From Gemmatimonadota bacterium (GTDB lineage: Bacteria > Gemmatimonadota > Gemmatimonadetes > Gemmatimonadales > GWC2-71-9): DNA of 38,216 nt. Both the position numbers and the translations under genes were made by a program. Within the stretch, counting starts at the first letter, position 1; each line of letters opens with the position of its first letter. The notes under the pieces are model-generated. The model had not been told where the DNA came from, ran no database searches, and saw only the letters and a list, made by a program, of their open reading frames with translations. Location of the stretch: NCBI GenBank assembly GCA_003220955.1, contig QHTW01000075.1, positions 1 through 38,216 of the forward strand, in the 5' to 3' direction. Shown piece by piece: positions 1-8,067 of the stretch.

Positions 1-96
1 TTGCGCCGACGGCACCATTGCATTGAATACCCATGAGGCCCCGCGCGCCGTCACCGCGGCAGGCGCGGTTACCTTTGTGACGCGAGAACTTACTCG

Positions 97-654
97 ATGG
101 GTATAGAGAAAGTGGAATCAAGCGACGCAGAGCTGGTGCGCCGGGTCCGGGCCGGCGACATCGGCGCCTACGGCGTGCTGGTTTCGCGCTACCGCGATCG
201 CCTGGGACGTTATGCGATCCACATGATTGGTGATCGCGAGGACGCGGAGGAAGCGTTGCAGGACAGCTTCGTGCGCGCGTATCGCTCGCTCGCGCGGTGC
301 GACGATCCCGCACGGTTTGGCGCCTGGCTCTATGGCATCCTGGTCAACCGCTGCCGGACGACAGGCGCGCGCGCCGCCCGCCGCCGCCGGATGTTCGTCC
401 GGGACCCCGATGGCCGGCACGGCGCCGCCCACGCCGACCAGAGCGAACGCCTGGAATGGACCGACGCGGTGGATCGCGCCCTGGCACGCCTCGCGCCCCA
501 GCACCGCGAGGCGTTCTTGTTGAAGCACGTGGAGGACCTGGAGTACGAGGAAATCGCGAAGGTGACCGGTGCCGGTGTCTCGGCGCTCAAGATGCGCGTG
601 AAGCGGGCTCGCGAGCAGCTCCAGCGATACCTCAGAGAGGCGGAGCATGTTTGA
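97..654 (+). CDS. ECF-type RNA polymerase sigma factor (sigma-70 family)
   Basis: 185-aa ORF. Region-2-like DAEEALQDSFVRAY...FGAWLYGILVNR and region-4 HTH LEYEEIAKVTGAGVSALKMRVKRAREQL. Overlaps the next gene by 8 nt. Confidence 0.9.
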   Translation: MGIEKVESSDAELVRRVRAGDIGAYGVLVSRYRDRLGRYAIHMIGDREDAEEALQDSFVRAYRSLARCDDPARFGAWLYGILVNRCRTTGARAARRRRMFVRDPDGRHGAAHADQSERLEWTDAVDRALARLAPQHREAFLLKHVEDLEYEEIAKVTGAGVSALKMRVKRAREQLQRYLREAEHV

Positions 655-1129
655 GCAAGAAGACGATATCGTCGAACGGATGATCCAGCAGCTGCGGCGG
701 CCGGTGGCCGTGGATCCGGGCCTGGATGCGCGCGTCCTGCAGGCGATCACCGCGCCTCGCCCTTCGCAAAGAGGCGTCTGGCCATGGCTCGCCGCAGCGG
801 CCCTGCTCGGGGCACTGACGATTTGGCGGCCCTGGTCGCGAGGTTCTGGTGCCGATCGACCCGATACTCTGCAGTTTGTGCTGGTCGCACCGCAGGCGAA
901 TTCGGTATCGCTGGTCGGTGACTTCAACGATTGGGACCCGAAGCGCTCTCCGATGCGCACGGCCAACGGTATTTGGGCCGCCGTCGTTCAGCTTGCGCCG
1001 GGTCGCTATCGCTACGCGTTTCTGGTGAATGGCGTCGAATGGCGCGCCGATCCCGGTGCACCGGCAGCGCGGGACGACGAATTCGGAACGCCGAGCTCCG
1101 TGGTAACGGTGGGAGGAAAGGGATCATGA
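647..1129 (+). CDS. Putative single-pass anti-sigma-like membrane protein with C-terminal CBM48/AMPK-beta-type (glycogen-binding-like, E-set) domain
   Basis: Start overlaps the sigma gene stop. Short N-terminal segment, one hydrophobic helix (WPWLAAAALLGALTIW), then VSLVGDFNDWD...GRYRYAFLVNGVEWRADP...DDEFG, typical of CBM48. There is no Cys, so no zinc-type HxxxCxxC anti-sigma motif. Confidence 0.65.
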   Translation: MFEQEDDIVERMIQQLRRPVAVDPGLDARVLQAITAPRPSQRGVWPWLAAAALLGALTIWRPWSRGSGADRPDTLQFVLVAPQANSVSLVGDFNDWDPKRSPMRTANGIWAAVVQLAPGRYRYAFLVNGVEWRADPGAPAARDDEFGTPSSVVTVGGKGS

Positions 1130-1731
1130 TTCTCGCCGTGCTGCTCATCGCCACGCAGGTCGCGGCTCAGGACCCGCGACTCGACCGCCTCGATCCGGAC
1201 ACGCGTACGCAGGTGACGGTCGTCGTGGATTCGGCTCGGCGCATGGGTCTGCCCGCCGAGCCGCTCATTCAGCGCGCGCTGGAAGGTGCGACCAAGGGCG
1301 CCCCAGGTCCCCGCATCGTAACCGCGGTCCGCAGGCTGTCGGCGGATCTCGGCACGGCACGTGCCGCGCTCGGCGACGGCGCTTCAGTGCCTGAGCTCGA
1401 GGCAGGGGTCGCCGCGTTGCGCGCCGGCGCGACCCCACAAGTCCTCGCCAAGCTCCACAGCGTGCGCCGCCCGCCGCTGACGATGGCGCTCTCCGTGCTC
1501 GCCGACCTGGTCGCGAGCGGCGTCCCGGCCGACAGCGCCGCCGTGGCCGTACTCGCGCTCGCGCCGAAGGCGCGCGACGCCGATCTGGTGGAATTCCGGC
1601 GCGCGGTGGAGCGCGACATCGCGCTCGGCGCACCCCCGGCTGCGGCAACCTCGGTTCGTGTGAATGCCGGCGCCGACGTGCTCAATGCCGCCAGTCCTCC
1701 TCCCGGTCCCGCTCTACCCCGCCGGCCGTAG
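1126..1731 (+). CDS. Hypothetical secreted, Ala/Arg-rich helical protein
   Basis: ATG at 1126 overlaps the upstream stop (ATGA) and has GGAGGA just upstream. N-terminal signal-like MILAVLLIATQVAAQ. I recognise no family. The track ORF 931-1731 is trimmed to this start. Confidence 0.55.
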   Translation: MILAVLLIATQVAAQDPRLDRLDPDTRTQVTVVVDSARRMGLPAEPLIQRALEGATKGAPGPRIVTAVRRLSADLGTARAALGDGASVPELEAGVAALRAGATPQVLAKLHSVRRPPLTMALSVLADLVASGVPADSAAVAVLALAPKARDADLVEFRRAVERDIALGAPPAAATSVRVNAGADVLNAASPPPGPALPRRP

Positions 1732-1743
1732 ATCCGTCGCCCA

Positions 1744-2886
1744 GTGCGGACCCTCGCACTCATCGCATTAGCGTGCGGGGCCCCCGCCAGCGTCCATCGG
1801 TTAGTCGCACAGGTCGCAGCCAACATCGAAGCCGGGATTTCAGAAGTCCGCTACGACGGGTTTTTGGCGTCGGCAGCGGCGTCCGTCTCGCCGACGATAC
1901 GGTGGGAGCACCCCGGAGGCCGTGGCTTGCTGAGCGCTCGCGGCACGTATCTGCGATTCGAGAGCGGGCGCCACAGTCTCGACGGCTCGGCGAACGGTTC
2001 CTGGTTCAGGCCACTGGCTCGGCATTGGCGCGGCGAGCTCGGCGTCTCCGCCGGCTCGAGTCAGTACGCCAACATCGCGAGCTTCAGTCACAGCGAAGCA
2101 GCCGCGCGTCTCCACCTGATGGACGACGACCGCGGCGGCTGGGTCGGGGCGACGGTGGGACGCGCCATCTTCAGTGGCGCACCACGACGCGTGATCGTGG
2201 TCGCAGCGGGCGTGTGGTTGCTGCGTCGTGACCGGACCATGTTCGTCTCGTTCGACCGCTCATTCGTCGGCGAGACCGCGTATACCGATGTGCGGTCGTC
2301 GGGCCGCTGGCAGACGGCTGGCATCGTGCTCGAGGGGATCGTGGGCGCGCGTATCTGGAGCCGCGGCGGCGGGCGTGGCGTGTTCGGAGAGGGCAGCGCG
2401 ACGGTGCCCCTCGGCCCCGACGCCGCCCTCGTCCTGTCTGCAGGCCGTTACCCCACCGATGCCGTCAGCGGCAGCATCGCCGGCCGATATGTCACCGCGG
2501 CGGTGCGCCTCGGCACGATCCGCGTTCGCAAGCCTGCCACGCAGGGACAACCGATCGATGCGCCGGTCCCTGCGGGATCAAATTCGGCGGCGGCCGCTCC
2601 GGAGACTCGCCTGGCGATTCAAATTCGCCGAGATGACGTGCTGCTCTCTGTGTACGCCCCCGGGGCGAGCACGATCGAGATTACGGGCGACTTCACCGAT
2701 TGGCAGCTTGTCCGGCTGGGCAGGAATAACGCAGATGAAGAATCCTGGGCCGGAACGTTCCGGATCTCGAGTGGCGTTCACCGCATCAACGTCCGTCGTG
2801 ACGGAGGAGCCTGGCTGGTGCCCGGAGGCACGAGACGGAGCGCCGACGACTACGACGGAGAAGTCGGGATCTTCGTCGTTCCTTAA
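1744..2886 (+). CDS. Secreted protein: Gly/Ser/Arg-rich beta-like N-terminal region plus C-terminal CBM48/AMPK-beta-type domain
   Basis: GTG start 12 nt after the previous stop. Signal-like MRTLALIALACGAPASV. C-terminus LLSVYAPGASTIEITGDFTDWQLV...HRINVRRDGGAWLVP...DDYDGEVG is paralogous to the domain in 647-1129. Confidence 0.65.
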   Translation: MRTLALIALACGAPASVHRLVAQVAANIEAGISEVRYDGFLASAAASVSPTIRWEHPGGRGLLSARGTYLRFESGRHSLDGSANGSWFRPLARHWRGELGVSAGSSQYANIASFSHSEAAARLHLMDDDRGGWVGATVGRAIFSGAPRRVIVVAAGVWLLRRDRTMFVSFDRSFVGETAYTDVRSSGRWQTAGIVLEGIVGARIWSRGGGRGVFGEGSATVPLGPDAALVLSAGRYPTDAVSGSIAGRYVTAAVRLGTIRVRKPATQGQPIDAPVPAGSNSAAAAPETRLAIQIRRDDVLLSVYAPGASTIEITGDFTDWQLVRLGRNNADEESWAGTFRISSGVHRINVRRDGGAWLVPGGTRRSADDYDGEVGIFVVP

Positions 2887-4091
2887 CGGGCACCACCCGC
2901 CATCTGGCGGGCCTCGGGACGCCCGCGCAATACCAGCATTGCCCAGACGCCGATTACCGGCCCGATAGCCAGGACACTCATGCTCCAACGCCATCCGATG
3001 GCGGCCGCGACGTTCGGGAGCAAGTAGATCGTCGCGCAGGTGAGGAGGAATCCCAAACTGGTTTGGAGCGTCAAGGCGGTGCCGACGTAGTCGCGGGGAG
3101 CCAGCTCGCTCACCGCCGCGGAAAACTGCGCTGAGTCGGCCACGACGGTGATCCCCCAGAGCAGGAGCAATGGAAGCAGCGCGGCCAGAGACGCGCCGAA
3201 GAGCAATCCCACCACGACCGCACAGCTGCCCGACAACACCATCGCGGCGCTGGTCACCCAGGTGCGGCCCCAGCGGTCGGCGTACTTTCCGCCGAGCCAG
3301 CAACCGATCGCTCCGCTGCCCACCACGGCGAATGTGACCAGGGCGGCGGGCCCGGTGACGTCGGCTTGGGCGCCCCGGCGCGCGTGTTCGCTCGCCGCGA
3401 CGAACACCGCGATCCATGTCCACATCGCGTACAGCTCCCACATGTGGCCAAGGTATCCGAGGTTGGCGAGCGCCACGGCGCGGTCTCTGAGGATGCGAGG
3501 GGCGGCGGCGAGAGAAAACGGCGGCGAAGGGGCGGCGAAGGGTCCATCGTTTGGCACGAGGAGGACCAACAGTCCGCCCGCCAGCGCGCTGGCGGCAGCA
3601 ATCACGAGGACTATGCGCCAAGCCGTTAGCGAAACCGCCCACCGCACGAGATGCGGACTTGCCGAACCGAGAGTCAAGGCGCCGACCAGAATGCCGATCG
3701 CCAGCCCTCTTCCTTCTTTAAACCATCCGGCCGCGATCTTCATGCCCGGCGGATAGACGCCAGCCAGCGCGGCGCCAGTCAGGAGCCGACACGCGATCCC
3801 CAGCTCGATGCCGCCCGCCGCCGCGACTCCCAGCGTCGCGAGGGCAGCGAGCAGCGCACAGCCGGCAATTAGACGCCGGGCCGAGAGCCGGTCCGCGAGG
3901 GTGAAGATCGCGCTGATCAGGGCGCCGACGACGAACCCTAACTGCACGGAAATCGTGAGCCACGCGCTGCCGGCGGGCGAGAGCTGCCAGACACGCGCGA
4001 GTGCGGGGGCGACGGCGGACGCGCTGAACCACGGGGCCATTGCCAAGAGCTCGGCGATGGCTAGCACTGCCAACACGCGCCGCGACGTCAC
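2883..4091 (-). CDS. MFS transporter
   Basis: 402-aa ORF that is hydrophobic throughout, with about 12 predicted helices and MFS-like loop motifs. Start overlaps the nif3 stop by 4 nt. Confidence 0.85.
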   Translation of the reverse strand: MTSRRVLAVLAIAELLAMAPWFSASAVAPALARVWQLSPAGSAWLTISVQLGFVVGALISAIFTLADRLSARRLIAGCALLAALATLGVAAAGGIELGIACRLLTGAALAGVYPPGMKIAAGWFKEGRGLAIGILVGALTLGSASPHLVRWAVSLTAWRIVLVIAAASALAGGLLVLLVPNDGPFAAPSPPFSLAAAPRILRDRAVALANLGYLGHMWELYAMWTWIAVFVAASEHARRGAQADVTGPAALVTFAVVGSGAIGCWLGGKYADRWGRTWVTSAAMVLSGSCAVVVGLLFGASLAALLPLLLLWGITVVADSAQFSAAVSELAPRDYVGTALTLQTSLGFLLTCATIYLLPNVAAAIGWRWSMSVLAIGPVIGVWAMLVLRGRPEARQMAGGAR

Positions 4092-4843
4092 AAACCAGTA
4101 GGATGATCCAGAAAGACCCAGGGCAAATCGAACTTCTTGGAGACGTGCGTCGCGAGCGCTTTGATGCCCACAGTCTCCGTGGCATAGTGGCCCGCGTAGA
4201 ACACGTTGAGCCCCAGCTCTTCAGCGTCGAAGAACGTCCAGTGCTGGCCTTCACCGGTGACGAATGTGTCGAGTCCGGCGGCAGCCGCCTGCGGGATCAG
4301 CGACCCGCCCGAACCGGTGACGATCCCGACCCGTTGGACGCGCTCTGGTCCGAACGCAAAAATGCGCGGCGCGGACCCCAATGTTCTCGTCAACGCCCAA
4401 GTGAGCTCGTCGCGCGTGCCTCGATACTCGCCCCACACGCCCGCCGGCGCTCCGTGGTATGATCCGAAATCGCCGCGGACCTTGATGTCGAGCAGTCGAG
4501 CCAGGACGTGGTTGTTGCCGACGTCGGGATGACGATCCAATGGGAGGTGAGCGGCGTAGAGCGCGATGTTCGCGTGAATGAGACCGGCAACACGACGATA
4601 GGCGGGACCCACCAGTGGTCTGAGACCACTCCAGAAGATCCCGTGGTGGACCAAAAGGCAGTCGGCGTGCTGCTCCGCTGCCAGGCGAACAGTGGCCTCG
4701 CACAGATCGACGGCCGCAGCTAGACGATTGACCTCGCCGGAGTTGCTGACCTGGAGGCCGTTGAGCGCCTCGCGTGCGTCAGCCACCTCTGCTGCTGTGC
4801 GGAGATACTCGTCGAGAAAACTGACCAAGGTGTCTAGGCGCAC
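4088..4843 (-). CDS. Nif3-like dinuclear metal center protein (YbgI/GTP cyclohydrolase I type 2 homolog family)
   Basis: 251 aa. N-terminus ...NGLQV...LLVHHGIFW and C-terminus ...VTGEGQHW...AGHYATE are typical of NIF3/DUF34. Confidence 0.9.
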   Translation of the reverse strand: MRLDTLVSFLDEYLRTAAEVADAREALNGLQVSNSGEVNRLAAAVDLCEATVRLAAEQHADCLLVHHGIFWSGLRPLVGPAYRRVAGLIHANIALYAAHLPLDRHPDVGNNHVLARLLDIKVRGDFGSYHGAPAGVWGEYRGTRDELTWALTRTLGSAPRIFAFGPERVQRVGIVTGSGGSLIPQAAAAGLDTFVTGEGQHWTFFDAEELGLNVFYAGHYATETVGIKALATHVSKKFDLPWVFLDHPTGL

Positions 4844-4932
4844 TTAAGACACCGTAGACACACTATCGTGGCAGTTGCGAACTTTCCACACGGCGCAGAT
4901 CCGTAACTGAGCGTTACGTAATAGCTTAGAGA

Positions 4933-4963
4933 ATCCACATCCGGCAAGCGCGGCCGTGTGGAT
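4933..4963 (-). terminator. Candidate hairpin terminator after the bactofilin gene
   Basis: On the minus strand, ATCCACAcGGCcgcgcttGCCggaTGTGGAT followed by TCTCTAAGC. It starts 3 nt after the bactofilin stop. The U-tract is weak. Confidence 0.35.
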
Positions 4964-4965
4964 AT

Positions 4966-5391
4966 CTATGCGCGGGCTAAAGCTTGGCCGCTGCGCTCAG
5001 TCACCTGCGGGGCCTGACCGGCATCCTCGCCCATCCTCAGCACGCCGTTCATCTCTCCACCTTCTTGGATGAGCAGTTTCTTCGTGTGCACGTCGCCGTG
5101 GACGACGCTCGTGGCTTGCAGCTCGACGCGTTCCTCGGCGTAGATGGCACCGCGCACCTCGCCGCCTATGATGGCTTCGCGGCTGATGACGTCGCCTTCC
5201 ACTTCCCCACCCCGTGCGACAAGAACCTGCTTCGCGGCGCGGACCGTGCCGTTCACCGAGCCCTCGATCTTCACGACGCCATCTGCCGAGATGTCGCCAA
5301 CGACGCGCATGCCCGCGCCGATGATCGACAGACCGGGAACGCCTTCACGACCTGCGCCGGATCCTGTGGTTTTTTCCGAGAACACCGCCAT
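4966..5391 (-). CDS. Bactofilin (polymer-forming cytoskeletal protein, DUF583)
   Basis: 141 aa with repetitive beta-helix pattern GxxxxVxGDIxxxGxVxIxGxVxG. Start shares 1 nt with the M23 gene stop. Confidence 0.9.
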   Translation of the reverse strand: MAVFSEKTTGSGAGREGVPGLSIIGAGMRVVGDISADGVVKIEGSVNGTVRAAKQVLVARGGEVEGDVISREAIIGGEVRGAIYAEERVELQATSVVHGDVHTKKLLIQEGGEMNGVLRMGEDAGQAPQVTERSGQALARA

Positions 5392-6218
5392 CAGCGCGTC
5401 TCCTTCACGAGGTCAAGCGGATCGACGGACTTGCCGTCGTGACGAATCTCGAAATGCAGGTGCGGGGCTGTCGACCGCCCGGAGTTGCCGGACAGACCGA
5501 TCACTTGTCCGGCCTGCACATCATCACCCTCTACGGCCAACAGCCGTGACGTGTGACCATACATCGTCTCATACCCGGACGGATGTCGCAAGAGGACGAA
5601 CAACCCGTAGTCGGGATCGTAGCCGGCGGCGGTAACCGTGCCGCCCCCGGAGGCGCGGATCGGCGTGCCGACCGGAACGGCAATATCGATTCCCGGATGG
5701 GACTCGTCCACAACGCCTGGGCGGACCTGCCCGCGCGTCACGAAACCCGCGACGTCGAGTGGCCAATGCGACGGAATCGACGCCGCGGTCTCGTAGCGAT
5801 TCGTCACTCCGGGCAGCCCTGCCCGGATCGGGACCGCGCGCATGGCGGACGTCAGATCGGCATTCCGAGCGACCGACCCGCCCTTGCCCTGCGCGGGAGG
5901 CGCTTTGACGCCAAGCATCTGCCGCAGCTCCTGATAATTCGCTTCGGCGCGATTCAACGCGGACGCGAGCTGCTGCACGCGACTGTTTTCGACGCGCAGC
6001 CGCGACACCTCGCGCTCGAGTCCGGGGACCCGGGCCGCGTTGCGGAAGATCGGTCCCGCGAACGCGAAGAACAGGACGACAGAGACGGCAATCGCGCCGG
6101 CGCCCCACTTCCCCGTCTCGACTGCCCAGCGCGGGAAGCGGTACTGTTTGGATTCAAGATCGCCGTCGGCGTGGACGACGATCGTGACGCCGCGAGTGCC
6201 CCTCTTTCCCTTCTTCAT
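5391..6218 (-). CDS. M23 (LytM-type) metallopeptidase with N-terminal TM helix and coiled coil
   Basis: HPGIDIAVP (HxxxD) and APHLHFEIRH (HxH) motifs are intact. Coiled-coil LEREVSRLRVENSRVQQL. Start overlaps the parB stop by 4 nt. Confidence 0.9.
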   Translation of the reverse strand: MKKGKRGTRGVTIVVHADGDLESKQYRFPRWAVETGKWGAGAIAVSVVLFFAFAGPIFRNAARVPGLEREVSRLRVENSRVQQLASALNRAEANYQELRQMLGVKAPPAQGKGGSVARNADLTSAMRAVPIRAGLPGVTNRYETAASIPSHWPLDVAGFVTRGQVRPGVVDESHPGIDIAVPVGTPIRASGGGTVTAAGYDPDYGLFVLLRHPSGYETMYGHTSRLLAVEGDDVQAGQVIGLSGNSGRSTAPHLHFEIRHDGKSVDPLDLVKETR

Positions 6219-7099
6219 CCTTCGAACGGCGCGCCGAGGATGACCTCGAGGAGCCGGGCGAGGTCCTCGTTCGAATAGAACGACACATGGATCTGGCCTT
6301 TGCCTTTGGCGCGCAACGTCACGCGCACGTCCGTGCCGAGGCGGCGGCGCAACGCGTCCTCGACGCGGCGCACCTCGGGCGCGACGCCGAGCCCGCGTTT
6401 CATCCGCGGCCGGCGCTCCGGCGCACGACCGCCCCGCACCCGATCCTCCACCTCCCGCACCGAGAGCCCCTGCGCGACGGCTTCGCGCGCGAGGTTCGTG
6501 ACGATGCGCTGATCTTCCAACCCGAGCAGCGCGCGCGCGTGCCCCACCGACAACTGCCCCTCATGCAGCATCTGCAACACGACTTCCGGCAGCTTGAGAA
6601 GGCGGAGGGCATTCGCGACGGTTGAGCGGTCACGACCGACGGCGTCCGCAACATCCTGCTGCGCGAGCTTGAACTCGGCGATCAATCGCTCGTAGCCGCG
6701 CGCCTCGTCTACAGGGGAGAGATCGTCGCGCTGCAGATTCTCGATCAGGGCCAGCGTGAGCAGCGTGCGGTCATCGGCGTCACGCTGCACCGCCGGAATG
6801 CGCTCCCAGCCGAGTTGCTGGCAGGCCCGCAGTCGTCGCTCACCGGCGATCAGCTCGTAGCCTCCATTCGCGCGCCGCACGACGACCGGCTGCAGCAGAC
6901 CAGCTTGTTTGATAGAGGACACCAGCTCGTCCAGCGCGCCCGGGTCAACCGTCTTGCGGGGTTGGAACGGGTTCGGCTTGATCTCCTTGATGGGGAGTTC
7001 GACGAGGCTGCCTTCTCGCTCTGCCTCCTCGCGAGTCGGCCCAAGCAGCGCCTCGAGGCCGCGGCCGAGGCGGCGTCTTCCTGCGGCGGTTTCCGTCAT
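6215..7099 (-). CDS. parB: Chromosome partitioning protein ParB
   Basis: LGRGLEALLG N-terminus, ParB box ...GYELIAGERRLRA..., HTH and C-terminal dimerisation region. ATGA overlap with parA. Confidence 0.95.
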   Translation of the reverse strand: MTETAAGRRRLGRGLEALLGPTREEAEREGSLVELPIKEIKPNPFQPRKTVDPGALDELVSSIKQAGLLQPVVVRRANGGYELIAGERRLRACQQLGWERIPAVQRDADDRTLLTLALIENLQRDDLSPVDEARGYERLIAEFKLAQQDVADAVGRDRSTVANALRLLKLPEVVLQMLHEGQLSVGHARALLGLEDQRIVTNLAREAVAQGLSVREVEDRVRGGRAPERRPRMKRGLGVAPEVRRVEDALRRRLGTDVRVTLRAKGKGQIHVSFYSNEDLARLLEVILGAPFEG

Positions 7100-7947
7100 G
7101 CTGGCACCTCCGGGGGGGGCAGCGGGGGCATCGGGGGCAGCTGTTCAATTGCGGGGAGGCTTGGCGAAGGCGGAGCGTCCTGCTCGACTCGCCGAATCAA
7201 CTCCTGGGCGACTGCCAAGTAGCTCTTCGCGCCAACCGACTGCACGTCGTACAGGATGATCGGCTTTCCGAAGCTCGGCGCTTCTGCCAAACGCACGTTG
7301 CGGGGAATCGTGACATTGAACATGCGGCCGCCGAAATATTCTTTCGCTTCCTCGGCGACCTGCTTGCACAGATTCAGGCGTGCATCGTACATCGTCAGCA
7401 GCACGCCTTCGATCGCGAGCGTCGGATTGAAATTGCGCTGCACGAGTTTCACGGTGTTCAACAGCTGCGACAACCCTTCGAGCGCATAGTACTCGCACTG
7501 AATCGGGATGATCACGCTGTCTGCAGCCGTCAGCATGTTCAGCGTGAGGAGGCCGAGCGACGGCGGGCAGTCGATGATCACATAGCCGTACTCGTCGCGC
7601 AGATCCCCCAGGGCCTCGCGCATCCGCGTCTCGCGGGCACGTTGATTGACGAGCTCGAGCTCGGCGCCGACCAGGTCCTGCGTCGCGGGCACGACGTCGA
7701 GATAGGGGAAATGCACGTGGGGGAAGCGCGACTGCGCGAGCGACGCGCCATCGATGAGCGATTCGTAGAGCGACTTCCGGATGCGATCGCGTTCGATGCC
7801 GACGCCGCTCGTCGAGTTACCCTGTGGATCCGCGTCGACGAGCAGCGTCTTGCGCTCGGCCGTGGCGAGCGAGGCCGCGAGGTTTACGGCAGTCGTCGTT
7901 TTTCCTACGCCGCCCTTTTGGTTGGCTATCGCGATTACGCGTGACAT
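7096..7947 (-). CDS. parA: Chromosome partitioning ATPase ParA/Soj with Pro-rich C-terminal tail
   Basis: Deviant Walker A IANQKGGVGKTTTAVNLA. 283 aa, of which the last ~30 are DAPPSPSLPAIEQLPPMPPLPPPEVPA. Confidence 0.95.
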   Translation of the reverse strand: MSRVIAIANQKGGVGKTTTAVNLAASLATAERKTLLVDADPQGNSTSGVGIERDRIRKSLYESLIDGASLAQSRFPHVHFPYLDVVPATQDLVGAELELVNQRARETRMREALGDLRDEYGYVIIDCPPSLGLLTLNMLTAADSVIIPIQCEYYALEGLSQLLNTVKLVQRNFNPTLAIEGVLLTMYDARLNLCKQVAEEAKEYFGGRMFNVTIPRNVRLAEAPSFGKPIILYDVQSVGAKSYLAVAQELIRRVEQDAPPSPSLPAIEQLPPMPPLPPPEVPA

Positions 7948-8011
7948 GACAAGTAGTTGATATACAATGAGTTATGTAGTACGCAAATGGATGCGGATTC
8001 CAATATATGTT

Positions 8012-8027
8012 CGTTTCACGTGAAACG
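8012..8027. promoter_or_regulatory. parS: parS site 1 (cGTTTCACGTGAAACg)
   Basis: The 14-nt core matches the canonical parS palindrome tGTTTCACGTGAAACa. Located between parA and mnmG. Confidence 0.85.
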
Positions 8028-8037
8028 AAAGAGCGTA

Positions 8038-8053
8038 CGTTTCACGTGAAACT
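8038..8053. promoter_or_regulatory. parS: parS site 2 (cGTTTCACGTGAAACt)
   Basis: Second copy of the same palindrome, 26 nt from the first. Confidence 0.85.
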
Positions 8054-8067
8054 GCAACATTCTGGGT

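Noticed and set aside
1-96. Possible autoregulated ECF-type promoter (GAAC-N16-17-CGTC) or the end of an upstream gene at the window edge.
   Set aside because: No hexamer pair with acceptable spacing could be found (GAAT...CGTC is ~20 nt apart), and there is too little sequence at the edge to call a partial CDS.
4931-4964. Inverted pair of DnaA-box-like 9-mers (gAATCCACA ... TGTGGATAt), considered as a possible oriC element.
   Set aside because: There are only two imperfect boxes, they form the arms of a hairpin 3 nt after the bactofilin stop, and there is no box cluster or adjacent unwinding element. A transcription terminator is the simpler reading.
7948-8010. AT-rich 60-nt patch next to the parS sites, considered as a replication-origin unwinding element.
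   Set aside because: I could find no DnaA boxes (TTATCCACA or its complement) in or around it. It sits exactly where the parA promoter is expected and contains -35/-10-like hexamers.
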